In this document: one piece after another, positions 8,749-21,900 of the stretch | Layout of the letters: every line of letters begins with the position of its first letter | Position numbering within the stretch: position 1 is the first letter of the stretch | Source of the DNA: Macrostomum lignano | Lineage: Eukaryota | Direction: 5' to 3' | Assembly: GCA_002269645.1 (NCBI GenBank) | Contig: NIVC01003209.1 | Coordinates: 47,186-111,185, forward strand | Length of the DNA stretch: 64,000 bases | Notes under the pieces: model-generated | What the model saw: the letters and a program-made list of their open reading frames with translations, nothing else | The model's database searches: none | What the model was told of the DNA's origin: nothing | Position numbers and translations under genes: made by a program

Positions 8749-8846
8749 CATTCCATTTAGACCAGATTTTAGACCAGATTTTTGAAAACGAAAACCAAAA
8801 CGATAGCCTGGTTTCGTTTGGTCTAAAATCTGGTCTAAATGGAATG
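8749..8846. repeat. Palindromic/hairpin element
   Basis: 28-bp perfect inverted arms CATTCCATTTAGACCAGATTTTAGACCA / TGGTCTAAAATCTGGTCTAAATGGAATG, with inner arms AAACGAAAACCA/TGGTTTCGTTT. Confidence 0.8.
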
Positions 8847-8998
8847 TTGGGTGGGTAGGTGAGCTGACTATAAATACGAGCTAGCTTCTATTCTTTCTCT
8901 ACCAAAACTTCCAGACCCTTCGCGCCTGCGGCGCGTCGGCGGGTTATAGAGTGTTTATGTGTGTTGGGGAGAGTTGGAAGTGTTGGAAGTGTTGGGTA

Positions 8999-9234
8999 CG
9001 GTACAAAATTGCCAGCAAACCAAAGCGAGCGACGAGAGCGTATTCTCATAATTCAAAGAGAATTAATCGTTGTAAGTGTGAAATGAGTTGATTGACCGAA
9101 ATGAAGCGAGGATGAGCGAAGCGAGTTGAGCGAAGTGAAGACGAGCGATAATGAAGGGAAAACGAGTCATTTCACACTGATAAAGGGTAAAATTGATTGA
9201 ATTATGAGAAGGGTTTGCTGGCCATTTTGTACCG
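8999..9234. mobile_element. MITE, Tc1/mariner-like (TA target)
   Basis: 23-bp TIRs CGGTACAAAAT(T/G)GCCAGCAAACC flanked by TA on both sides. Confidence 0.8.
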
Positions 9235-9624
9235 TATATACTACTAACGCACATACCCTAACGGATGCTAAAAATTGAACAATTATGTCAATGCGGAATA
9301 AAAATGCAATATTCACTCCAACGCGAAAATTTTACAACTTTTTTTTGAATTTAGAAAATATTGTTGAAATCGAAAATAAATATTTTGATAGCAAAATGCG
9401 ATTTAATATATAGGGGAATATATAAAGCACCGGGCTGGAACTCGGAAACCACAACTGATTAAAACTCGAAAAGACAGCGGATTTGAATCTTAAAAAACGA
9501 ATTAGACGCAAAAAATACTCAGCCAAGTGACACGCAAAGGCAGCTCTGCTGGAACAGCGCACAAATGCACAACTCAAGCACAAACTGCGCAGGTCGCAGA
9601 AATCGTCAAAAAAGATTGTCAGAC

Positions 9625-12600
9625 TCACACTAGGACCCAGCCATCGTCAAGAACTTCGCTGCTGCAGTCGCTGGTCGCCTCACTCCGCGCCGGGTCGGGA
9701 GCGCGGGGCTGGTGCGCACGTTTCAGCTTGTTTGCGTGGACCACCCGACCGGTGTCGCCGTCCTTGTAATCGATAGGACGAACCAGGTAGTTCACCGGCG
9801 ACGTTCGCTGCAGCACCCGGAACGGGCCGGTCCAGGGCGCCTGGTGTTTCGGAGCCAGTCCAGTCGTCCTTGAAAGCGCCGCCGGCGGAACGAAAACCCA
9901 TACGAGGTCGCCCACCCGGAATCTGCACCGCTTGGCCTTCCGGTCGTAGTACCGCCGCTGGCGTCGTTGTGCCGTCGCCATCAATCGCCGCACGGAGTCG
10001 TAGGCGCGAAGCAGCTGGTCGCGGTTGTTGGCGGCGAACTGGCCGACTGTCATTGGCGGCTCCGGTGGCCGGTAGACGACGTCAACTGGAAGCGTCATTT
10101 CCCGGCCAGTCAGCAGGCAGTGAGGAGTAAACCCGGTTGTAGCATTGACGCTGCTGCGGTAGGCCAGGAGACAATGCGGCAGCACTTCTTCCCAGTCCTC
10201 CGGCTGAACTGACTGCAGGTGGCAGCGGAGCATCTGGTGCAGAGTGCGGTGGAACCTTTCTACTAGGCCGTCGCACTGCGGATGGTAGCCGGATGTCCGC
10301 GTCTTCTGAATCTCCAGCAGCCGGCACAGGCTCCTGATGACCTTTCCGTCCACGGCCTTGCCACGGTCGGAGTGCAGAATGTGCGGGGCTCCGAAACGCG
10401 TCACCCAGTTGTCGAACAGTGCCTTGACGATGGTGGCCGCTTTCTCGTCGGGGAGTGGCACCAGCTCGACCCACTTGGTGAAGTAGTCGACAATGGTGAG
10501 CAGCCGATCGTTTCCCCGCCGTGACAGTCCAACTTTGACCACGTCGATGCCCACGCGCTGCATAGGAAATCCACTGGCCATAGTCTGCAGTGGAGCTCGG
10601 CGCTGACTCGGTGTCTTAGCGCGCTGGCACACTTGGCAGGACCTTACCGCTAGGCGAACGCTCTCCGCCATTTTCGGCCAGTAGCAACGCTGCTTGAGGG
10701 CTGCCAAGGTCTTGTCCTCGCCCAGATGCCCAAGCTCATGGACCTCCTCGATGAACTCCTGTCTGCAGCGCGGAATCACAGGCACCGGCTTGGACTTCAC
10801 CAGCTTGTTCAGGGCGCCGTCGACGAAACACAGTTCGCCGATCTTCTGTGCCAGAATTAGGCTCTCAGGCGACAGTCGGTCACGTCTGCTGGCGCTGAAC
10901 CTTGTCTTGCCGTTTGACAGCAGGCGAAACACCGGGCCGATGTCTAGATCACGGAGCTGCAGTTCACGCAGTGACTGAGACGCATCTGACAGCGCCTCGC
11001 CTTCCTTCGCTGATTTCGTCTTCGCTGGAGTCCTCGCTCTCGCTTGGCCGCGGTTGAAGCTGCTGCTTCCGCCTTGAGGTGCCCTGACGTTCCGGCTCGG
11101 CGTTGGTCTGGGCAGCCGCAGAGGTAGCCGGCGCTGGTTTGGTTGCGTTGGTTTGCACGGAGTTGACTCTGACTGTGTCGACCCGGCCAGCAGGCTCCGC
11201 TATTGGCACTGGCGCCTCGACCGTCGGCTCCGTCTGGCAGGCGGCTGTTGAAGTCTCGGCTGGCGCCACCGCTGTCGTCCCTGGCCGACACACTCGACAC
11301 TGGCTGGTGCACTTTTGCTCTCGCCGAGAGAGGGCGTCTGCGTTGCCGTGTTGGCGGCCTCGGCGAAAGACGACCTTGAAGTTGAACTCATCGAGCAGCT
11401 GCAGTCATCTGGCCAGCTGGCCTTCGAGCTCTTTGAATGCCAGCAGATAAATGAGCGCCTGGTGATCCACTCGAACGGTGAAGGCGCGCGGCAGCAGGTA
11501 GCTCCGGAACTTCTTAACAAACTCGACAACAGCCAGGAGCTCGCGCCGCGTCACGCAGTAGTTGCGCTCAGCTCTTGACAGGGCGCGGCTGGCGTAGGCG
11601 ATAACCCGCTCTTCGCTCGCCTGCACTTGCGACAGCACCGCGCCGATTGCGCAGTCACTTGCGTCGGTGTCGAGGATGAATTCGGAGCCCGACTCGCTCA
11701 TGTCCGGGAACGCCAGGATCGGAGCTGACAGCAGCGCTTGCTTCAGCTGGTTGAAGGCCGCCTCGGCTTCTGGCGTCCACTCGAAGGGCGTCGGCAGTGT
11801 AAGGCGGCGCAGAGGCTCGGCGATCTTGGCGTATTCGCGCACAAATCTTCGGTAGTAGGAGGTCATGCCGAGGAAGCTCTTGACGTCCTTCGAGCTCCGG
11901 GGCACCGGCCAGTCCCGCACAGCCGCGGTTTTGCCCTCATCGACGGTGATGCCGGTCTTGCTGACGCGGTGGCCCAGGACTAACATGCTGGTATTTGCAA
12001 ATCGGCACTTTGACGGCTTGAGGCGCAGGTTAAACTCGCGCAGTCGCTCCAGAACTGAACGCAGCCGATCGTTGTGCTGGCCGATGGTCTGGCTCATCAT
12101 GATGACGTCGTCAATGAACACCAGACAGGCCTGCCACGTCAGTCCCCGGAGCACCAGCTGCATGAGCCGCTGAAAGGTGGCTGGTGCATTCCGTAGTCCG
12201 AACGGCATCACGTTGAATTCAAACAGGCCTTCATGGGACACAAATGCCGTCTTCTCCTTGTCCCGGTCATTCATCTCGACTTGCCAGTAGCCACTTTCGA
12301 GATCCAGCGCTGAGAAGTAGCTGTTTCCTTCGAGGGCATCCAGAGTGTCATCGATGCGGGGCATCGGGAATGCATCGGGCTTGGTCACCGCGTTCAGCAG
12401 GCGTTAGTCCAAACAAAATCTGGCCGACCCGTCCTTCTTGCGAACCAGAACTATCGGAGAAGCCCAAGGTGACGACGATGGTCGGACGACTCCCTTTGCC
12501 AGCATCTCGTTGACAAGCTCCTTCTGCTGTGCGATCGCTGTGGGAGCCAGCGCCGCAGTCCTTGGCGAATTGGCCTGGCGTCGCCTGTCTCGATCTTGTG

Positions 12601-13548
12601 CTTCAACAACTGCGTGCGGCCTGGGTTGCTGGGGCTCGCGAAGACGTCGCTGAACTCCAGCAGAAGTCGTTGAACTTGATGCCGCTCCTCGGTTGGTATG
12701 TCATCGGCTATTTGCACCTGGTCCTGCCAGGTCGTTGCAGTAGTCGGATCTGCCTCGCTGCCATCACCAGATCCTCCGGCTTGCAGATGCGCCAGGGCTC
12801 GGCCAGACAGCGGGTTGAAGTTGCCGACGATGTCGCCCTCCTTGATCTCGACTGTCTCATCTCTGGTGTTGATTACAGCAACCCCCATTCCGTGGTCAAC
12901 CAGCTTGGACACGCTGCGGCCGATCATCACTTTGGCCGCCTTGCTGCCGCAGACAACGCCTGGTGCCTCCGAGTTCGTCCACGCTGCCGCGCTCGCTGGC
13001 CGCACCGGAATGATCCAGCCATCGCCTGGCTGCAGTCGAACCGTGGCTGCCGCTGCCAGCTTGCAAGTCTGGGCCGCCTGCCTGGATGTCCGCATTGGCA
13101 AGGTGACGCCGAGGCCGTTAAACTCGAGAATGCCTGATCTCAGGTGGATCGAAATGTCAAATTTGTTTAGGAAGTCGCAGCCCAGAATTACCGGTGCGCT
13201 GAGGCAGGTCACTGCCAGGAATCTGTGTCGAAAATGAAGCGGACCAAGAAAAAAACTTATCTCAATTTCGCCCAGCACTGTTGCTTGATTGCCGCCCACG
13301 CCATAGATGGTTGTTGAGCTGGGTCTCAGCTGCCGCCTGAGCCTGGCCGAGTGCACGATGTCGCCGTTGATGCAGGAGATCTCGGCACCGGTGTCGATCA
13401 TGCACGGCCGGCGTTTTCTGAGCATGCGCGAGGTGATGAAGCGCACTTGGTCGGGCTGGCAGCTGGGGCGTGGGGGCTGGGCCGAACTGCTTAGTGCTGA
13501 GAGGGCCGGTGCTGGCCCATTGGACCAGCCCCCCCAACGTTTGGGCAC
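9625..13548 (-). pseudogene. pol: Gypsy pol (protease, RT, RNase H, integrase) with premature stops and frameshifts
   Basis: PR IDTGA; RT LVFIDD; RH DTDASD and VDHQAL; IN HxxGH-CxxC, GIDVV, HSDRG, GLVERFHRTL and GPF motif. In-frame stops near 12404 (D*R) and 11405 (AR*LQ). Confidence 0.92.
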
Positions 13549-14821
13549 CTCCGGCGGATGTGGCCAGGCTGATGGCAGCCGTAGCAGATGGGCACCGCCC
13601 TAGGCTGCTGCTGTTGATGTGCAGCGGCGTCAGCTGATCTCCATGGTGGCGCTGGGGCTGTCTGCGCTCGATGAGCCGCTGGCTGGTGATGTTGTGTCGT
13701 CTGTGGCCCATGCTGCGGTCGGGTTTCTGTCGGTGTTGACTGAGCTGGTGCCGCTGGAGCTGACGCCTCGGCGCTGTGGTGCTGCGACTGGGAATTCATT
13801 ATCTGCCGGGTCTCGCGCACTTGCTGGGCATAGTGCAGGGCCTGATCCGGTGTAGTAAGAGGCAGCTGCATATTAAGCAGCCGCTCCGTCACGTAGTTGT
13901 CGTTCAGCCCTTGAATGAACCGCTCAAGCACAGTCTGCTGGCGACAGTCTTGAGCACCGAGCTCTGGGTAGGCCTTGAACGCGAGTCGCTGGAGGGCAGT
14001 CAGAAAATCCTCGAACCTCTCGTCCCTGCCCCGGCACAGCTGTGAAGCTCGCGCCGAAGTAGCGCAGTGCTGGTGGCACCGCCATGACGAGCGCGAAGGT
14101 GCTGCAGGAGATCTTCATAGCGGGCACCTGGCAGGAACTGCAGTGAAGTCCCAACGGGCTGTCCATGCTGCGCGCACAGTTGGTAGAGCCAGACCTCGTA
14201 GGTAGCGAATGCTGGTCCCAGGTAACTGCTGAGCGTGTTGATCTTGCTGTAGTCACTCAGTCCTTGGTGCCGGCTTAAATACGAAGACACTCGACCCAGA
14301 AAGTCATCGAACGGTTCGGATCCGTTGAAGGGCGCCGGCTTTGGCACCGACGGAAGCTGGATTGCTTGTTGATATACCGGTGCGCACAGGTTGCGGGCGC
14401 CAGCGCCAGGGTGAGTTCCGCCTTGGAGCAACGGAGCCCATGGTTCGGCCATACGGTGCACAGGTCTTGGTGGATGTGTCACTGCAGCTGCCGCAGCTAC
14501 CGCGGAAGGCCTGGTGTCCAGCAGGAATGAGTCTCCCGTCTCCATGTAGTTCGTTGATGGTTGGCCGGGCCCGGGGGGCACTGGCACTTGAGACTGACAG
14601 CAGCGTGCTTCATCGACAGAGATTTGCACAGGATCGAGGTCACGAAGCTCTTGATAGCGCCGCCAGTTCGCCTCCCGTTCGGATTCTGGCTCACTGGTTG
14701 ACGAAGAGGTGTAAGCCGTAGCCGCAGCGGTCGGACGTAAAATATCGCGATTTCTCAGTCTTAGCCGTTGAGGCTCTTCTGCCTCACGTTCTGACCACAT
14801 GATGATCGATGACAGGTGCAA
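13491..14821 (-). pseudogene. gag: Gypsy gag with CCHC zinc knuckle, frameshifted near 14000
   Basis: PAPFNGSEPFDDF major-homology-like region; CYGCHQPGHIRRRC knuckle. Confidence 0.85.
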
Positions 14822-14853
14822 CCTTCGGTCTTTTATTGCTATGAAGAAATTCG

Positions 14854-14870
14854 TCCTGGCGTGGTCGCCA
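14854..14870 (-). promoter_or_regulatory. Primer-binding site of the Gypsy element (probably tRNA-Arg)
   Basis: TGGCGACCACGCCAGGA on the minus strand, 2 nt from the LTR end. The tRNA identity is from recall and is tentative. Confidence 0.75.
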
Positions 14871-14872
14871 AA

Positions 14873-15104
14873 TGTAGCAAGAACGGAGGCAGGACACTAA
14901 ATTTGACTTTGAGCCTTTACCGCCCAATCACAAGCTTGCACAGCTGCCCGCTTACTAGGCACACTAAAGCATAGCCAGTAACAGTTCGAGCTATGATTCA
15001 GCGTTTATTGGACTCACCATCGAGCTAAGGCGATGAAATTCAGCTGATATAAAGTTACGAATATAAAGTATTGAACGAAACGAAAATATACGAGTATTAT
15101 TACA
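14873..15104 (-). repeat. Gypsy 5' LTR (~232 bp)
   Basis: Ends TGTA...TACA; abuts the PBS. The outer boundary is inferred from the terminal dinucleotides only. Confidence 0.65.
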
Positions 15105-15190
15105 TTGCGATTATTATTATTACTTTGCTTTACTTAACACACGCCTCGAGTTGGCACCAATTTAAATTACGAAATTAAGGTTACTTATAC

Positions 15191-15958
15191 CGGTTAAAGT
15201 CAAAACTGGGGAGTCAGAAAATGTAGAAAAAAATTTGTTGTTTCAATTAGTAATTTTTTATACAATTTTTTATATTTCCGTTAAGTGGTCTCAAAAAACA
15301 TTTTTAAAGCACAAAATACACCTCTTAATAAATTTCCTACCTATTTGTTAATCTTTACTTTTACGGAACTGTACGAACGCAGAATCAGAAACTAAATATG
15401 GTATTCTAAAAATAAATGTTTTATACAAACCCGTTAAAGTAGTTTTTATCTGAAAAAAATTAGGTAAATATTGCAATAGATATTTTTTAAATAACTATTA
15501 AGCTGGATTTTGTTAAACTGCTTACTTTGTTTACGTCGCGCCTGTTTGTGTTCTGAAATACTCTCTTTAATTTACGGTTAAAGTCAAAACTGGGGAGTCA
15601 GAAAATGTAGAAAAAAAATTGTTGTTTCAATTAGTAATTTTTTATACAATTTTTTATATTTCCGTTAAGTGGTCTCAAAAAACATTTTTAAAGCACAAAA
15701 TACACCTCTTAATAAATTTCCTACCTATTTGTTAATCTTTACTTTTACGGAACTGTACGAACGCAGAATCAGAAACTAAATATAGTATTCTAAAAATAAA
15801 TGTTTTATACAAACCCGTTAAAGTAGTTTTTATCTGAAAAAAATTAGGTAAATATTGCAATAGATATTTTTTAAATAAATATTAAGCTGGATTTTGTTAA
15901 ACTGCTTACTTTGTTTACGTCGCGCCTGTTTGTGTTCTGAAATACTCTCGTTAATTTA
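15191..15958. repeat. Head-to-tail duplication of a 384-bp AT-rich unit (2 near-identical copies)
   Basis: CGGTTAAAGTCAAAACTGGGGAGTCAG starts at 15191 and at 15575. Confidence 0.9.
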
Positions 15959-18900
15959 GTTATCAGTTTCATGTTAATAAGTACTTTATTATTGATGTTT
16001 GGCCTGGTTCTTCTTACGGATGTGAAATATCAGCAAACTTTTTTGGATTGAATTAAATATGAGATTTAGATATTGATTACTGACTTCTGTATTTCAAGCA
16101 TTGCAAACGTCTAGCATCAATTTTCTGCTTATCTAATTTATGAACAATAATCGATCGAGGATTCTAGATATATGCTTTATTTTATAAGCCACGGCTTATG
16201 AATGGGCAAATGACTCATGAGACTGAGGTTTAGATAATTTTACTGAATAGAATGACAAATAAATGTGTCTATCAAGTTTTTTTATAAAATAGCTTTATCC
16301 ACCCACGCTCTTGTTTAACTATATTTTTGTTCTGAGGCATAATTTGCAGTCTAGTTCAGATTGCTATTTATATTTAACTGTCCGTGTCTTAGGCCTATTT
16401 GATTTTTTGCAAATGACGTAGTAATAAAAAATATAATGTAAATATAAAATTTTGTACAGCTTTACAGCTTAGAATTACTTCGAAACTGATATATGCTTTT
16501 TTTACAAAAGCCATTGGGCCTTAGCTAAGTGATAATCTACCTTATGATTACTGATAATGATACTGTTTATTATAGCCATCACTATGCACTTTTAAGTATA
16601 TATATAATTTAAATTGCTAAATAATTAATAAGTAGCAAGTAAAACAGGTAATAACTTTTTTTAAACTTTAACTTTCTAGTTTCATATAATTTGCAATGTA
16701 AAAAGCTATATAAAATGTGACTTGCACTATTCTTTAAAATGTATAATTGCAATATGTTTTCATTTGCATTATTTGTTACATTTATTTCATTTAAAACTCA
16801 CATTATGAGCTTTAAGAACTTAGAACATGTTAAAAGTTAAAAATGCAAAACCTGATATATTTGCTTTTTAAAAAATTAGAATATAGCATTATTTTATTAT
16901 ATATTTTATTGTTTACAAACTGGCTTTAAATGCCTAGCAGGAGTGTTTACTTTTATACTATTGTATATTTAATATACCAATAAATTCTTAACTTGCTTTA
17001 GTAGAAGTTTTTTAGACTTAAATGTAAGTAAAATATGTTAAATGTTTTTCACTTTAATGCATGCCATGCCAGGACTTCTTTGGGAGATCTTCTCAGCTGC
17101 ATTTTATGATATGCCTTTCATTCTGAGCTCTAAACCTGAGGCCTTACTTAAACAATGAAACTGGTGGACTTGCTGTATGTTACCTTTACATTTGGTTGAG
17201 TGAGTCTAGTGCTTTCTCCATGAACCAACCTGATCTGTCTGAGCAACCTGTTGCAATGTTGGCGACTCCTGCACCTAGCAGACCACTTCTGCCCACAACT
17301 GGTTCAGGTGCTGCGCTGCTACTTTTGGATTCTGGCACCCAAGATTCTGGTGGCTATGTGGCCTACATTTTCTCTCAGACCACAAGACACACCTTTTTAG
17401 AACCTTATGTTTTATAGTGTATTTTATTGTATGGGCCTAGTGGCTATACCAAAAATCTTGTTTTGCATTTAAGTTAATAAAACTTCTGCTTCAGGAATTT
17501 ATTACTTGTGCCTAAAAATTCTAAAACCTATTTCTGTTGCCTGTTCATCTCTTTCACTAAATCAAGAGGCAATAAGAGCTTCATTTAGAGCTCTGTGAGA
17601 TTCACATTTGTATTGAAACTGTTTGGATAGGAGCATAACCATGCCCCCCACCCAGATATCTTTTTTACCCTTCTTGAGGTAGCCATATTGATTTTCTGTT
17701 CTGGTCTGTGCAGACTGCTCTATACGTCCATGGCCATAGATTAAAATATTTGAGCTGATGCTGCTTTATTAATAAAACTTTTTATTATCAGATCAATGTG
17801 TTTGGGAAGTCGTGTTTTAAATCGTTTCGCGCTTGTTCTTGCAGTCTATCAATTGTGGGTCTGTAAGCCAAGCATATACCCATAAACTAATACGTGGCTG
17901 CTGGCAGCCACACATCACAGGTACATAGCTGGTTGAGCTTAAAAAGCACTTATTAATTGTATAAGGAGTATGCTATAGTTAAAATAAAAGCATCCTAGCT
18001 TTCAAAGCTAGAACGTTACAATGCTACCACGCTGAAGAGGGCTCGTACTCTCATGCCAGAGCGAACGCAGAAAAGTTATACAAAAGAGGCCAAATTGCAA
18101 CGTAAAAGTGAAAATAAGACAGCACATACTGCCAGTGTTCTCAAACTCTGCTCGAGCAGCTCAGATTGGCCCTGCTGAAACTGAAGTGCAGCATACTGCC
18201 AGACTGTGCTCAAAATCTGCTTGTGTCGAACAAAGCTGAGTGACAGAGTCCAACTTGCAGCGATGCGCCAGACTGGATTCTGATCGACTACCCGCCGAAC
18301 ATAAGAGGTGGGGTTCTCTACAATGGTTGTCAATTATGTCGACACAAGTTGTTGCTGCGTGTAGCGATTTGTAGCGATTTTTATTTTCATTCCGTTTCCG
18401 AACAGCTGAAAGGTACATCTGTGGAGATGAACATTTTATTATTAGAGAGATAATGAGTGAACGCTTTGTCTGTATTTTTTGCTGTCTTCTTTCTATTCCA
18501 ATAGGATTCTAGCACCATGCAGATTTCAAGATATTAAATTATGAGTTCCAAGTTATTTAAGCATGATTACATAGTCTGTTACAATGCTATAACCTTCATG
18601 ATGCCCCAAAATTATTGATCCTAGGTAAATCTGATGTCAGTTAAGCAGACCAATGAATTTAAAGTAAATTTAAAGTCAATCAGACCTGATTATTTGGTGT
18701 TAGTAAGTGAAATCTGATTAATCTGGTGATCTTAGACTAGAATTGCTAGTCATAAAAAATTTTAAGTGATGGTCAATAAAAAGATGTTTAAAGTAATTTT
18801 TACAAAATTTACCTCAACTTATTCAGTATGAAATAAGCATAATAACTATCATTAAAAATAACTAAAGTCTAATTCATTACAAATTATACATTAAATGGCA

Positions 18901-21900
18901 ATAAAATTATATTAGGTTGTCCCTGCTGCAAAGCCAAAAAAATGCTTCTTTATAGGGTTCTTTGCAGTGCCTTGATGAAATGTCTAAGCTTTTCATTGTA
19001 CATGCTCCACACAGTAGGCTTCCGGAGAAAAAAATCATGACAAAAACTAACATTTATGGCATTTAAGAGCCAACAAAGAGTACCATTTAGTAAAGAAAAA
19101 AATGCTTCAAGCTTAATAGGTGTGTAATAACATATTTCAATTCTAAAAGCTGGCAATTATTCATTTTGATGTAACAGACTACTGGAGAAAATCACTTTGT
19201 GCTCTCTAACTATTAAAAAGTATTTTTATATTGTTATAGAATGTTATACAATAAGTAATATATTAGGCTTTTTCAATAAAAAGCATCGATTTTATGCTAA
19301 ATTATTTTCTAAAATGTAAAAGTGAATAATCCAATTGGATACATCAATTTAGATTAGTTTTTAACATATTCTCATATGAGCATATAGGTGGGATGTCATA
19401 ACCAATGTTTACTACCAAAACGAAGAATATTCGAACTACAGTAAGGTTCATACAAATAAAGCATTACTCATGCATGCATTTAATGCGAATTAACTCAAAA
19501 CTTTCACCATCTATATTAATTCCTACATTTTTAGCCCTTATTTGTAAATTATATAGAATTTTTTTCACACGTGTTTAACGTGGTTGAATTTCCGCCAAAA
19601 AAATTATCGCCGAAAAGGACATATTTTGTCTTTTAGAGGAGCGAAAAAGACTAATTTTACTTAGATTATAGTAAAATTATTTATAATTCACAGTTTAATG
19701 CAAGATTTAATTGGCCATACTCATTAGAAAACAGATACAATTTGGTATTAAAAAGTTTGAATGGTGTAAACTCGCGATGCCCTCGTTTTGACTTTGCCCC
19801 ATACATTATGCGAAGTGGTAGGACCTGACACATTTTATGCCATGCCATTTTCATTGCTTCCTTTTCATTTCATAAGCGCAAAGTTGCGAATAGTCACAAG
19901 TGTGTGTTGTTCTATTTCAATGCATATTCGTAACTATCCTAATTTCTACTTGACCTGTCCATGTAAATAAAAACAGACTATTTACCAATACGAATTTCAT
20001 ATTGTTTTTGATTTGGTCTTAGGAAAGCTATCAATTTTTAAGCCAGACTAACTAAATTAAGACTAACGAGACCAAGTCAGTATTTTTTTCATCAAGTCAG
20101 TATCAGTCGCTATTTAATATGGATTGTTAGTCTAACTAACTAAAGGCCCTAAGTATTTTACTAGGCATCTATAATGTAAAATAGAATTATTTTATTTTCA
20201 CTTATTTGATATTCTTTTTTATTTTACATCCATTATACTAAAAATTTTATTTTTCTATTTTCTAATATTAACTACTTTTACACCATCATCCTTAATCCTG
20301 ACACACAATGCACATAAGATAAAAATTTATTACCTAAGCCTCTAATACTAGTAAATAATTCTCTTCACAAAGCTTTAAAAATGGCAATTTTTTATTTTAC
20401 TGCTTTACCTCTACCTATAAAATTGAAAGCTTTATAATGATCTGAAATTTTTACATTTTCAATTTTAAATATAATTTATTAATAGCTTTATATTCAGTCA
20501 TAATTTAAGTTGATATAGTTGAGTACAATTTCTATTATTCTTATACATTAGTAACTTACTTTAGTTTTTGTCTTTTTTATGCAAATATTCAAAGTAAATA
20601 GTAGCTTGCACTTATGTATGCCTAGTTATCACATTTTTATTCAATTTTTAATTTACTTTATAAGTAAACAAGCTGTTGAAACCCGCGGATTTTGAACCCG
20701 GGAAACTCCAATCCCCGGAACTATTTTTGCATGTATTGAGATTAAACTCAAACAAAAACATTTATTAGTTGGGATAGAGTTAAACATGAAATAGAGTACA
20801 TTCGTGTAAAATTAGGATTTGAGGCAAACATTGATATTGTTGGCTGGGTGCTGCGCAGAATGTCAGGAAAACTCTGGCCTCTACCTCTGACTCTCCCTAT
20901 GTCCCTTGCATTCTTTGAAACTTCTATCTTCTCTTCTGTTTTCTCACTTCTCTCTTTTTTCTTGTCTCTTCTCTCTCCTCTCATCTCTTCTTTCTTCTCT
21001 CCTCTGTCCCCTCTTCTTTTGTCTCTTCCCTCTATTCGCCCTAGTAACACACTTCGTCGCGGCAACGTCGCGTATTGGTCGCGTTGGGTCGCGAAAGTCG
21101 CGGCCTTTATTGGTGAAACTTTGACGTCGCGAAAACGTCGCGAAAACGTCGGAAATCAAAGTACCAAAAAACGTTGGAATTTAACTTAATCAACCTGTTA
21201 TACCTTTGATCAGACAGTATATATCAACTGCAATATGTACTGCCTCTGAATTCAGTAGATGGAAATAGAAAATGGTAGCCATGTAAATGGCAGTGTGCAT
21301 GAACAAAAAATCTTTATATGTTTAGAGCAATTAAAATAGTTGGAATTATTATATGTGCAGCAAAAAAACTTAGATGCCCCGAATATAGCGACAAACTTAG
21401 GCTGCGCTAGTTATTTATGAAACCTTTAATTGTTTAATTATTCAGTATCTAAGATACTAAAAATGACTTTTTTCAGAAGCACGTAATATAGTTCACTAAA
21501 TTACGTAACAACTTATTTATATGCAAATTATTAGTGGTTTTAAAACCATATTTATTAACTTGGGTTGTTTTTTTTATGGGAGTTACTCTTTCGTGGCATG
21601 CGTTTGTTAAACTAACTGTTCCGTGTTTAGCAATTCAAAACCAACAGATGTAAAATAAGTTTCTTGAAGTCCAAGAATTCAAAGAATCGCCTTATTTTTG
21701 TTGTGATGACAGATGAATAACCGAATGCCGAATGCGTTCTTGGCTTGTGGATGCAATGCGCTTCAATTCATTTCATTTATATATTTGTATTTATATCTGA
21801 ACAATCTATGTAGTCAAGGTAATTAATATATATTCTAAATAATGTCTATATCTTTTATTGAATTAAAACTGGATCGACTGGAACTCTGGAACGGCTATGC

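Larger units (their letters stand above)
9625..15104 (-). mobile_element. Ty3/Gypsy LTR retrotransposon, pseudogenised, only the 5' LTR recognisable
   Basis: Domain order gag-PR-RT-RH-IN. GC-rich relative to its flanks. TG..CA LTR next to a PBS. Confidence 0.93.

Noticed and set aside
9240-9620. Gypsy 3' LTR
   Set aside because: No convincing similarity to the 14873-15104 LTR beyond a TGTAA pentamer.
9527-14721. Many overlapping short ORFs on both strands
   Set aside because: Shadow ORFs of the GC-rich gag-pol.
16000-20900. Possible host exons (for example 18076-18333 and 18950-19156 on the minus strand)
   Set aside because: Protein-like stretches exist, but I could not assemble a consistent splice model or recognise a family, so they are left uncalled.
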